Shown one piece after another: positions 29,403-38,401 of a stretch of DNA of 64,000 nucleotides (position 1 is the stretch's first letter; each line of letters starts with the position of its first letter). This stretch comes from Erysipelotrichales bacterium. Its GTDB lineage: Bacteria > Bacillota_I > Bacilli_A > Acholeplasmatales > WRBM01. A program made the translations under genes and the position numbers. Location: positions 5,509-69,508 of the forward strand of contig WRBM01000005.1 in the NCBI GenBank assembly GCA_009784525.1. Reading direction: 5' to 3'. The notes under the pieces are model-generated. The model was not told the DNA's origin. It saw nothing but the letters and a program-made list of their open reading frames with translations, and did no database searches.

Positions 29403-29900
29403 TTAATCAATTGGCTGAGTAGATGGACATTCATAAGTGAAATTTATAAAGCTTTGCGTAATTAATCGTGATTCAGTCGAATCAGTATAAAAGCGAAGCG
29501 GAAAAGTGAAATAAATTTCTGCAACAACTGTCTTATCATTATGTAAATCAAGTTGCTCGGTTACAGTAATAAACAGATTTCTTCCTTCTATTCTTGATTC
29601 AAATTTAACTCTAGCCGATGAACCTGTAGTAGGCACCCATACGGGAAAAGAACCTAGTGGAACAATAATTTCTGTTGATTGAAGCGTACCATCGACTGAT
29701 CTAGTCCAATCAACGTGAATCCCATGCTTAAATACTTCTGTTAACTCAAATCCGAAAAGGTTTGAAACACGATCAGAAGCTTCCAGTAATTTTATGACTA
29801 GCTCGTTTAGAGCCGAAGCGGTTAAAACATCGCCGGTTCTAAATTGATTTCTGTTGTTTAATAAACTAGTTGTTTCACTAGCATTTGTATCAAATTTCAT
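29403..29900 (-). CDS. hypothetical protein (165 aa; 168 aa from the upstream ATG at 29909)
   Basis: The ORF-track start at 29909 abuts the GAAGGG RBS. The second ATG (29900, MKFDTNASETT...) has proper spacing. The N-terminus is paralogous to the 52-aa ORF upstream. Confidence 0.6.
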   Translation of the reverse strand: MKFDTNASETTSLLNNRNQFRTGDVLTASALNELVIKLLEASDRVSNLFGFELTEVFKHGIHVDWTRSVDGTLQSTEIIVPLGSFPVWVPTTGSSARVKFESRIEGRNLFITVTEQLDLHNDKTVVAEIYFTFPLRFYTDSTESRLITQSFINFTYECPSTQPID

Positions 29901-29922
29901 TTTTATCATCCCTTCTTTTTAG

Positions 29923-30081
29923 TTAAACCAAATTATTTATAATCTGTAACAAATCCGAAATCGATATTATTTCACTGACAATTGCGTTTAATGTCGATGA
30001 TGTTAAAATATCAGTTTCTTGAAACATGTTTCCATTATTAATCCGATTTGCTAAAGCAGTGTTAGTTGTATTCCATCTCAT
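29923..30081 (-). CDS. unlisted small ORF (52 aa), paralog of the N-terminus of the next gene
   Basis: AAAAGGAGAT RBS 9 nt before the ATG. Translation MRWNTTNTALANRINNGNMFQETDILTSSTLNAIVSEIISISDLLQIINNLV aligns with MKFDTNASETTSLLNNRNQFRTGDVLTASALNELVIKLLEA. Confidence 0.55.
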   Translation of the reverse strand: MRWNTTNTALANRINNGNMFQETDILTSSTLNAIVSEIISISDLLQIINNLV

Positions 30082-30104
30082 AATAAAGTTATCTCCTTTT
30101 TATT

Positions 30105-30119
30105 TAGTCCAATGGACTA
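30105..30119. promoter_or_regulatory. perfect 15-bp palindrome upstream of the first gene of the RHS locus
   Basis: TAGTCCA-A-TGGACTA, about 24 nt upstream of the 52-aa ORF start codon (just upstream of its RBS). A one-nt centre rules out an RNA hairpin, so a dimeric DNA-binding site is more likely. Confidence 0.4.
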
Positions 30120-30289
30120 TTTTACCTATTAAATTAGGCATAGCTCTTATCATTTATATGCTAGTTATTATTGTTTCGGAACAAATTAACTGCTTTTAAA
30201 AATTTCATTGCCGATTTTTAAATATTATAAATAAAAAAACTCAAACATTTTGCCTGAGTTTTTTTAAGTGTTTATATATTTAATTAGCA

Positions 30290-31426
30290 TTATTTTGTTT
30301 GAAAACTAATTTTCTTTAACAAAACAACTGCTTCACAAGCAATTGCCTTGCCTTCGCCAATACTACCTAACTTTTCAGTTGTTGTTGCTTTTACACTGAC
30401 ATTTTCAATATCTGTCTCTAAACATTTTGCAATATTTTTGCGCATCAAATCAATGTATTCACGCATCTTAGGCTTTTGAGCGCTAATCATTAAATCAATA
30501 TTATTTATTTCATAACCTTTTTCTTTTATCAACTTATAAGCTGATTGAACAATTATCTTTGAATCAAGATCTTTATTCTCTTTAGCATCATCGGGAAAAT
30601 GACTGCCAATATCGCCTAAGCTTAAAGCCCCAAGTAAACTTCCCGCAACAACATGATATAAACAATCCGCATCACTATGACCTAATAATCCCTTATCAAA
30701 AGGAATTTCTACTCCACCCAATATTAACTTACGCCTCTCAACTAACCGATGAATATCCCAGGAATGACCGATTCTAAACATATTACTCTCCCTATTTTTT
30801 AGTACTTCTAAATCACTTTGATGAGTTATCTTAATGTTTTTTGTCTGATGCAAAATTGCTTTAATATTTATGCTAGGATAATACTTTTCTATGAGACTAA
30901 TATCATCGGTTCCACAATAGTTATCTTTTAAGGCTTTTTCATGACAATCTTTGATTAGTGCTGTTTTAAATGCTTGTGGTGTTTCTGCCTGGATTAAATC
31001 ATTGCGATTCAAAGTAATAAATTGCTTACCTTCTTTAAGTTTGATCGTATCAGTAACATTTTTTCCAACAAAGGCAACTTCAGATATTTTAACGGCTTCC
31101 ATCGTTTCTTTTATTAATTGTTCACTAATAAAGGGCCTGGCTGCGTCATGAATCAAAACATATTCACTTCTAATCGCTTTTAAGCCATTTCTGACTGAAT
31201 CAGCTCGTTCTTTACCGCCTTTTATAACTGTTAAGTCCGTTACTTCTACTATTTTATCATAATCACTAGGACTAGCCACAATTATAACTTCTTTGATTCC
31301 TGCCTGAATAAATTTTTTTGCACAGACTAAAAATAAAGGTTGATTGTCTATTTCTAGAAAAACCTTATTATAGCCAAGAGCTACTCTTGAGCCAGAACCG
31401 GCAGCCATTATCAAAACACTAAACAT
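30290..31426 (-). CDS. ispDF: bifunctional IspD/IspF (MEP cytidylyltransferase / MEcPP synthase)
   Basis: N-terminal IMAAGSGSRV (IspD) and C-terminal HSDADCLYHV...GDIG (IspF) in one 378-aa ORF. Confidence 0.9.
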   Translation of the reverse strand: MFSVLIMAAGSGSRVALGYNKVFLEIDNQPLFLVCAKKFIQAGIKEVIIVASPSDYDKIVEVTDLTVIKGGKERADSVRNGLKAIRSEYVLIHDAARPFISEQLIKETMEAVKISEVAFVGKNVTDTIKLKEGKQFITLNRNDLIQAETPQAFKTALIKDCHEKALKDNYCGTDDISLIEKYYPSINIKAILHQTKNIKITHQSDLEVLKNRESNMFRIGHSWDIHRLVERRKLILGGVEIPFDKGLLGHSDADCLYHVVAGSLLGALSLGDIGSHFPDDAKENKDLDSKIIVQSAYKLIKEKGYEINNIDLMISAQKPKMREYIDLMRKNIAKCLETDIENVSVKATTTEKLGSIGEGKAIACEAVVLLKKISFQTK

Positions 31427-31427
31427 C

Positions 31428-31952
31428 TTATCCCTCCATTAAAATATCGCAGGCGATATCATAATCACTACTTTGAAAATCCACGATAAACTCACTAAAA
31501 CAAACGCCAATTGATGTTCCTTTATAATCTTTAAGAAATAAGTCATAAAAACCGGCACCATAGCCGATTCTTTTTTTATTTTTGGAAAAAACAATACCTG
31601 GCACAATAATCAAATCAATTTCAGCTTTATCGATTGCTTGTTGACTTTGATCCGGCTCGTTAATGCCAAATTTGCTTTTTAGCAAACTATCATAACTGGA
31701 AACATAAGAAAAAATCAAATCTCTGTTAGCTACTCGCGGCAACAATAGCCTTTTTACCTTAATCAATTCAGTAACATCTATTTCATTTTTAATCGGAAAA
31801 TAAATCGCAACATTAGATGCTTCCTTAAAAACTTTAAGTTCTTTCAACTGATCTAAAATCTTTTTACTTGCCTCTTTAACTCTTTCTTGACTAAGTTCTA
31901 ATCTTTTTTTAAGATAATAAGCTCTAAGCGCCTCTTTAGTGTCTAGAGTCAT
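31428..31952 (-). CDS. 5-formyltetrahydrofolate cyclo-ligase
   Basis: MTLDTKEALRAYYLKKR..., IIVPGIVFS...RIGYGAGFYD motif. I prefer the ATG at 31952 over the TTG at 31991. Confidence 0.8.
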   Translation of the reverse strand: MTLDTKEALRAYYLKKRLELSQERVKEASKKILDQLKELKVFKEASNVAIYFPIKNEIDVTELIKVKRLLLPRVANRDLIFSYVSSYDSLLKSKFGINEPDQSQQAIDKAEIDLIIVPGIVFSKNKKRIGYGAGFYDLFLKDYKGTSIGVCFSEFIVDFQSSDYDIACDILMEG

Positions 31953-33507
31953 AGTAGTAATAATATTTATGATAATCCGGACTACAAGCAAATTTCAAGG
32001 CTTGTGTGCCATTTTTAATGAACTCTTCTGGTCTTGAAGCATCTCTTTCGGTTAATATGCCCATTTTTACCCGAATGGTTTCTGAATTATTGCCCATCTC
32101 TACAGTTTTATCTAAAGTATGGCCACTTTGAATCAGTTTCTTAAAAAGCTCCATTTTCTGTAAATCAGTAATCGTTAAAGCAAAGTCAACGCCTGAAAGC
32201 CGATAAAGTGACGAAGATTCACTAACAAAGTTTTTCTTCAACTGTTTGACATATTCATTTAAAAAATAATTACCGATAGCCCAACTATGGCGTTCATTGA
32301 TCTCTTTTATCGAAACAATCTTTAACATTATATAGTAAAACGGTCTTTTTGACTGAATAACTTTATGTAAATCAGCTGCTAGTTCTGATTCACATTTAAG
32401 AGAATCAAGTTCCTGCATTCCGCTTTTCGTAAAATTATTGACAGAAACATCATTTATTGTACAGATAATTACTGAGTCTTCATTTGTAAAAAGCCGGTGC
32501 AACTTAAGAGCCGCAATAAAATATTCATCTTTACGCGCTATCTGGATTGTGAAGCTAGCTTTTGGATCAACTTCTGAAAGATTACGGATTTTATGCATAA
32601 AGACAGGCTCATGGTCTGGGTGAATCTTATGGAGTAAATCACTGATACCTAAAGCGTTATGATCAATTTTTAATAAATCTTTAAAAGTATTATTTCCCCA
32701 AACATAATTTTCTTTCATATCAATAAAACAGACGCCTTCTTCCGTTAAATCGATCATCGCTTGAAAGCGACTAATTAAACTGTTATGTTCCTCTGTTAAG
32801 TCACGCAACTTTTTTTCTGTATCGAGCATACTGAAATCATTCTTTTTTTCGCCAACTAGAATCCGTCCTTTGTACTTAGAAAGACTAAAAAATGGTGTTT
32901 CCTGTAAAATGGCGATGACTTGACTGCCTTCAAAGTTTAAAAAGACTAACTCGCGTCTTTCGCCTTCACTTTTATTAATAGCTTCCCTTTTATAGTTTTT
33001 ATAATGCTTTCTTAGTTCTTTATTATTAATTTCAATGCCATTATAAGTTTTGATACGGATACATTTTTCAATTATATCAAAAAAGTTCTTATTTTTTACT
33101 TTTTTAAATTCCAATCCAAACTCATTTAAAAAGTTTTCTGAAATATCTTTAATCCGATCTTTAGCATCAAGCATTAAATAAAGGCTCCATTTTGTCTTTT
33201 TAACCGATTTTGTTAATAAGCTATAATAATTATAAGCATTAAATGAATTGCGTAAATTAACAAGTAAAGCAATAAATAAAATTGCAAAGTTAAAAATTGC
33301 ATAATAGATAAATAAATCATTAAACCAGTCATAGTCTTTTAAGGCAACTTCATAAAAGCCCAAAGCTGAACCGGCCAGTAAAACATTAACAAAAAAAATC
33401 AACAAATATTTTTTGTTAAATATCCCTTTAAAGTACATCTGCGCAAAAACAATTATAAAAGCTAAAACGCTTATTACAAGAACATATAGTGGATGAATCT
33501 CAAACAT
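31936..33507 (-). CDS. membrane-anchored sensor protein with PAS-like region and degenerate GGDEF domain
   Basis: Three N-terminal TM helices. The C-terminal part follows the GGDEF fold, but the active-site motif reads RLSGVDFAL instead of RxGGDEF. Confidence 0.55.
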   Translation of the reverse strand: MFEIHPLYVLVISVLAFIIVFAQMYFKGIFNKKYLLIFFVNVLLAGSALGFYEVALKDYDWFNDLFIYYAIFNFAILFIALLVNLRNSFNAYNYYSLLTKSVKKTKWSLYLMLDAKDRIKDISENFLNEFGLEFKKVKNKNFFDIIEKCIRIKTYNGIEINNKELRKHYKNYKREAINKSEGERRELVFLNFEGSQVIAILQETPFFSLSKYKGRILVGEKKNDFSMLDTEKKLRDLTEEHNSLISRFQAMIDLTEEGVCFIDMKENYVWGNNTFKDLLKIDHNALGISDLLHKIHPDHEPVFMHKIRNLSEVDPKASFTIQIARKDEYFIAALKLHRLFTNEDSVIICTINDVSVNNFTKSGMQELDSLKCESELAADLHKVIQSKRPFYYIMLKIVSIKEINERHSWAIGNYFLNEYVKQLKKNFVSESSSLYRLSGVDFALTITDLQKMELFKKLIQSGHTLDKTVEMGNNSETIRVKMGILTERDASRPEEFIKNGTQALKFACSPDYHKYYYYYDSRH

Positions 33508-33591
33508 ATCTTTCTAACCTCCAAGTAAAACAAGGTTTTATTATTATAGCGTAAATTGTAAAAAAAAGCAAGTGGAATTTTTTTTCCAAAG

Positions 33592-33623
33592 ACAAAGACA
33601 AAAAGCCACTTTAATTAAGCGGC
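33592..33623 (-). terminator. rho-independent terminator after tuf
   Basis: Minus strand: GCCGCTT-aatta-AAGTGGC hairpin (one G-U pair) followed by TTTTTGTCTTTG. Confidence 0.65.
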
Positions 33624-33649
33624 TTTTTTAGGTTTGTTAGTTAAACTAA

Positions 33650-34834
33650 TTAAGAAACAATTTTAACTACTGAACCAGCACCAACAGTTTTTCCACCTTC
33701 ACGGATAGAGAACTTAGTTCCTTGCTCGATAGCAATTGGATGAATTAATTCAACAGTAATCTCTGCATGATCACCAGGCATAATCATTTCTGTTCCGGCA
33801 GCAAGAGTAATAATTCCTGTAATATCTGTCGTACGGAAATAGAATTGCGGACGGTAGTTAGAGAAATATGGAGTATGACGTCCACCCTCTTCTTTAGAAA
33901 GAGTATAAACCTGCGCAAGAAATTTTGAATGCGGAGTAACTGATTTAGGTTTAGCAAGAACTTGTCCACGTTGGATATCTTCACGAGAAACACCTCTTAA
34001 AAGAACACCGATATTATCTCCAGCTTCAGCTTGATCTAATAATTTACGGAACATTTCAACACCAGTAACAACTGCTTTTTTAGTTTCTCTGATACCAACG
34101 ATTTCGATTTCTTCACCAACTTTTACAGTACCACGCTCAACACGTCCTGTCGCAACAGTTCCACGTCCAGTAATTGTAAATACATCCTCAACCGGCATTA
34201 AGAATGGTTTGTCAGTTTCACGAACCGGAGTCTCGATATAACTATCAACATTCTCCATTAACTCTTCAATTTTAGCAACCCATTTAGGATCTCCTTCAAG
34301 AGCTTTTAAAGCAGAACCATAGATAAATGGAATATCATCACCTGGGAAGTCAAACTCTGATAACATTTCACGAACTGTCATTTCTGCAAGTTCGATTAAC
34401 TCTTCATCATCAACCATATCGCATTTGTTTAAGAATACAACAAGTTTAGGAACTCCAACCTGACGTGATAAAAGAATATGTTCGCGTGTCTGAGGCATCG
34501 GTCCGTCAGCTGCCGAAACAACCAGGATTCCTCCGTCCATCTGAGCAGCACCTGTAATCATATTTTTTACATAGTCGGCATGTCCAGGACAGTCAACGTG
34601 TGCATAGTGACGTTTTTCAGTTTGGTATTCAACATGTGAAGTGTTGATTGTGATTCCGCGCTCTTTTTCTTCAGGAGCGCTGTCGATTGCATTGTAGTCT
34701 TTTTTCTCTGCAAGACCTTTATTTGCCAGAACGGATGTGATAGCCGCTGTCAAAGTAGTTTTACCATGGTCAACGTGACCAATAGTTCCAATATTAACGT
34801 GTGGTTTATTACGTTCAAATTTAGCTTTAGCCAT
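33650..34834 (-). CDS. tuf: elongation factor Tu
   Basis: [31 protein letters not shown]...; unmistakable. Confidence 0.99.
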   Translation of the reverse strand: MAKAKFERNKPHVNIGTIGHVDHGKTTLTAAITSVLANKGLAEKKDYNAIDSAPEEKERGITINTSHVEYQTEKRHYAHVDCPGHADYVKNMITGAAQMDGGILVVSAADGPMPQTREHILLSRQVGVPKLVVFLNKCDMVDDEELIELAEMTVREMLSEFDFPGDDIPFIYGSALKALEGDPKWVAKIEELMENVDSYIETPVRETDKPFLMPVEDVFTITGRGTVATGRVERGTVKVGEEIEIVGIRETKKAVVTGVEMFRKLLDQAEAGDNIGVLLRGVSREDIQRGQVLAKPKSVTPHSKFLAQVYTLSKEEGGRHTPYFSNYRPQFYFRTTDITGIITLAAGTEMIMPGDHAEITVELIHPIAIEQGTKFSIREGGKTVGAGSVVKIVS

Positions 34835-34914
34835 TAGTTATTATCTCCTTAATAATATTATTTTTCCATTATATATTTTACATTATTCACACGAATAATG
34901 CAATAGCAAAATCA

Positions 34915-36984
34915 TTAATTACCGCGTTTTTTGATGATTTCTTCAGCAATATTCTTCGGACAAGCCTCATAGTGGTCAAATTGCATGACATAATTACCAC
35001 GTCCTTGTGAATTACTGCGCAATGATGTTGCGTAGCCAAACATTTCCGATAACGGAACGAAAGCCTTAATTTTTAGAGCATTTCCGACTTTTTCTTGCGA
35101 TTCCAGACGTCCGCGTCTTGATGTAAGATCACCAATTACGTTTCCGACATATTCTTCAGGAACTACTACGTCAACAACCATGACTGGCTCAAGTAAAACT
35201 GGCTTACATTTAGCTTTAGTTTCTTTTAAAGCCATTGATGTAGCAATTTTAAAGGCCATCTCTGAGGAGTCGACATCATGATATGATCCAAAGAATAGGG
35301 TTGCTTTAACGTCAATCATCGGATATCCGGCTAAAACACCGTTTGGAAGCGAATCCTCTAATCCTTTTAAAACTGCAGGGATAAATTCACGAGGAATTGT
35401 GCCACCAACAATTTTATCGACGAACTCAAAACCTTTTTCTGGATTTGGTTCAAATTTGATTTCAACGTGCCCATATTGACCGCGACCACCCGATTGCTTG
35501 ATATATTTACCGACGCAATCTGCGGTACTCGTAATCGTTTCACGATAAGAAACTTGTGGTGCACCAACGTTAGCTTCAACACTGAATTCTCTTTTCATCC
35601 GGTCAACGATAATCTCCAGATGTAATTCTCCCATACCAGCGATAATCGTTTGTCCAGTTTCTTTATCACTATAAGTTCTAAAAGTTGGATCTTCCTCAGC
35701 AAGTTTCTGAAGAGCAATCCCCATTTTATCTTGGTCATTTTTCGTTTTTGGTTCAATTGCAACGCTGATAACCGGCTCTGGGAAGTTCATTGATTCTAAG
35801 ATTACATCATCTTTCTCACTAACTAAAGTGTCACCAGTCGTTGTATCACCAAAACCAACTACCGCACAGATATCTCCGGCATAAACTTCTTTAATCTCTT
35901 CACGATTATTCGCATGCATCTGTAGAATACGTCCAACACGCTCTTTTTTACCTTTTGTGCTGTTTTTAACGTAAGAACCACTTGAAAGTGTTCCTGAATA
36001 AACTCTGATAAAAGTTAATCTACCAACATATTTGTCCGTCATAACTTTAAAAGCCAAAGCACTGAAAGGTTCAGTATCAGAAGCTTTACGCTCAATTTCG
36101 TTACCTTCACCATCAATACCACGAACAGCCGCAATATCGGTTGGTGCTGGTAAATAATCTAATACTGCATTCAAAATTAATTTTACACCTTTGTTTTTAA
36201 AGGCTGTTCCGCAGACAACTGGGAAATAAGCTGCTGTTAAAGTTGCTGTACGAAGCGCTTTTTTGATTTCTTCTTCGCTAATTTCTTCGCCGTCAAGGAA
36301 TTTCATTGTTAATTCTTCATCATAGTCACAAAGACTTTCTAATAAAGCTTCTCTCGCTGATTTAGCTTTATCAATTAGGTCAGCTGGAATCTCTTTTACA
36401 GTAAAGTTTTCTTCCGGACCGCCATCAAAATAATAAGCTTTCATTTCTATAAGATTGATTGAACCTTGAAAAGTATCTTCCGCGCCAATCGGATATTGAA
36501 TCGGAAAAGCTTTTGCGCCTAAACGGCTCGTGAGACTTTTAACCGAAAATTCAAAGTCCGCGCCGATTTTATCCATTTTATTGATAAAAACGATTCTTGG
36601 AACTTCATATTCATTCGCTTGACGCCAAACAGTTTCTGTCTGTGGTTCAACTCCAGCTTGAGCATCGATAACTGTTACAGCACCGTCTAAGACCCGTAAA
36701 GATCTTTGAACTTCGACAGTAAAACCAACGTGACCAGGCGTATCGATGATATTAACTTGGAAATCTTTCCAAAATGCTGTTGTTGCAGCACTGGTAATTG
36801 TAATACCGCGCTCTTGTTCCTGAGCCATCCAGTCCATTTGTGAAGCGCCATCATGCGTTTCACCGATTTTATGGATTTTTTTAGTATGGTACAGAATTCT
36901 TTCAGTTGTTGTAGTCTTACCGGCATCAATGTGAGCCATGATACCGATATTTCTGACTTTATCTAAAGGTTTTTGCCTTGCCAT
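34915..36984 (-). CDS. fusA: elongation factor G
   Basis: [21 protein letters not shown]...; str-operon context. Confidence 0.99.
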   Translation of the reverse strand: MARQKPLDKVRNIGIMAHIDAGKTTTTERILYHTKKIHKIGETHDGASQMDWMAQEQERGITITSAATTAFWKDFQVNIIDTPGHVGFTVEVQRSLRVLDGAVTVIDAQAGVEPQTETVWRQANEYEVPRIVFINKMDKIGADFEFSVKSLTSRLGAKAFPIQYPIGAEDTFQGSINLIEMKAYYFDGGPEENFTVKEIPADLIDKAKSAREALLESLCDYDEELTMKFLDGEEISEEEIKKALRTATLTAAYFPVVCGTAFKNKGVKLILNAVLDYLPAPTDIAAVRGIDGEGNEIERKASDTEPFSALAFKVMTDKYVGRLTFIRVYSGTLSSGSYVKNSTKGKKERVGRILQMHANNREEIKEVYAGDICAVVGFGDTTTGDTLVSEKDDVILESMNFPEPVISVAIEPKTKNDQDKMGIALQKLAEEDPTFRTYSDKETGQTIIAGMGELHLEIIVDRMKREFSVEANVGAPQVSYRETITSTADCVGKYIKQSGGRGQYGHVEIKFEPNPEKGFEFVDKIVGGTIPREFIPAVLKGLEDSLPNGVLAGYPMIDVKATLFFGSYHDVDSSEMAFKIATSMALKETKAKCKPVLLEPVMVVDVVVPEEYVGNVIGDLTSRRGRLESQEKVGNALKIKAFVPLSEMFGYATSLRSNSQGRGNYVMQFDHYEACPKNIAEEIIKKRGN

Positions 36985-36998
36985 AAATTATCTCCTAA

Positions 36999-37469
36999 TT
37001 ACCATCTGTAATGTGCAAAAGCCTTATTAGCTTCAGCCATTTTATGTGTGTCTTCTTTTTTCTTAACAGAAGCTCCAGTATTATTAGATGCATCAAGAAT
37101 TTCGCGAGCTAATCTTTCTTCCATTGTTTTCTCACCGCGTTTACGAGAATAAGTGATTAACCATCTTAAAGCAAGTGTTTGCTTACGCTCTGGTCTAACT
37201 TCAACCGGAACTTGATAGTTTTGTCCCCCAATTCTTCTTGAACGCACTTCCAAAGCTGGAGTGATATTTACTAATGCTTGTTCAAAAACCACAAGTGGCT
37301 CTTGACCAGTCGATTCTTTGATGCGATCAAATGCACCATATAATATAGATTGCGCGACTCCTCTTTTACCTGCTTGCATAATAGCATTGATTGTTTTTGT
37401 AACAACCTTTGAGTTATAAATCGGATCTGGCAATACGTCTCTTTTGACAATATGTCCTTTACGAGGCAT
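36999..37469 (-). CDS. rpsG: 30S ribosomal protein S7
   Basis: [20 protein letters not shown]...; context. Confidence 0.99.
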   Translation of the reverse strand: MPRKGHIVKRDVLPDPIYNSKVVTKTINAIMQAGKRGVAQSILYGAFDRIKESTGQEPLVVFEQALVNITPALEVRSRRIGGQNYQVPVEVRPERKQTLALRWLITYSRKRGEKTMEERLAREILDASNNTGASVKKKEDTHKMAEANKAFAHYRW

Positions 37470-37495
37470 TAAAATTCCTCCTTTCTCGAATTAAG

Positions 37496-37930
37496 TTATT
37501 TTTTTGCGCCCGTGGCTCCTGCCTTAGGACGTTTAGTTCCATATTTACTGCGACCTTGATTACGTTTTGCAACGCCTGTTGTATCAAGAGTTCCACGAAT
37601 AATGTGATAACGCACACCAGGTAAATCTTTAACACGACCACCACGAATTAAAACAACGCTATGTTCTTGAAGCGTATGTCCTTCTCCTGGGATGTAAGCT
37701 GTAACCTCAAGACCGTTTGATAAACGGACTCTGGCATACTTACGTAAAGCCGAATTTGGTTTTTTTGGTGTCATTGTTGTAACACGGGTACAAACACCGC
37801 GTTTTTGTGGTGAATAAACTTTAGTAGTTTCTTTTGTCAATGTATTTAATCCGACATTAAGTGACGGTGATTTTGACTTAGTAACTTTACTTTTTCTTCC
37901 TGATTTAACTAATTGACTGATTGTTGGCAT
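37496..37930 (-). CDS. rpsL: 30S ribosomal protein S12
   Basis: [13 protein letters not shown]...[10 protein letters not shown]...; context. Confidence 0.99.
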   Translation of the reverse strand: MPTISQLVKSGRKSKVTKSKSPSLNVGLNTLTKETTKVYSPQKRGVCTRVTTMTPKKPNSALRKYARVRLSNGLEVTAYIPGEGHTLQEHSVVLIRGGRVKDLPGVRYHIIRGTLDTTGVAKRNQGRSKYGTKRPKAGATGAKK

Positions 37931-38020
37931 ATAGTTCTCCTTTCTAAACCACGCACATGGGTGGTTCGCATTTTTTCCAAAAAAAGATGCTTAAATGTCT
38001 AAAATTTAAACAGCATTAAT

Positions 38021-38049
38021 ATTTTATAATAATAAAAGCCTTAAGTCAA
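38021..38049 (-). promoter_or_regulatory. putative sigma-A promoter of the rpsL-rpsG-fusA-tuf operon
   Basis: Minus strand reads TTGACT, a 17-nt spacer, then TAAAAT, about 90 nt upstream of rpsL. Confidence 0.5.
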
Positions 38050-38086
38050 GAACTTTTTTCAACATCTTCTAATAATATGTATTTAT

Positions 38087-38401
38087 TTAAAATTTATGTA
38101 TTTCTAATATGTCTTCTGCCGAGATTTTTTTAGTACCCAAACTAATTGTCTGCCGTAAAGCATCAAATTTTGTAATTACTCCTTTAAAATTTTTAAAGTG
38201 CCCATTTTCAAAATAAACAATCTCTATTTCCATTTTTTCTTCAAGAGCAATTCTCACGTTTTCATTTATTAGTTCAAGTTGTTGCTCATCCAAAACCGGC
38301 TTTTTTACCCTTTCCGAGCGCTCATTTATTTCATGTATTTTATCTTTGAAGCCTTCAAGTGCATCAAAAGGTAACCATTTACCTTTTCTTTTTTTACTCA
38401 T
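38087..38401 (-). CDS. YolD-like protein
   Basis: KWLPFDAL...EIEIVYFENGHFKNFKGVITKFD pattern. Lies immediately downstream of, and overlapping, a Y-family polymerase gene, as in B. subtilis yolD/uvrX-type pairs. ATG at 38401 preferred over TTG at 38413. Confidence 0.65.
   Translation of the reverse strand: MSKKRKGKWLPFDALEGFKDKIHEINERSERVKKPVLDEQQLELINENVRIALEEKMEIEIVYFENGHFKNFKGVITKFDALRQTISLGTKKISAEDILEIHKF

Noticed and set aside
33784-37644. Same-strand out-of-frame ORFs inside tuf, fusA and rpsG/rpsL (33784-33993, 35367-35582, 36687-36929, 37459-37644).
   Set aside because: They lie within universally conserved genes, so they are alternative-frame artefacts.
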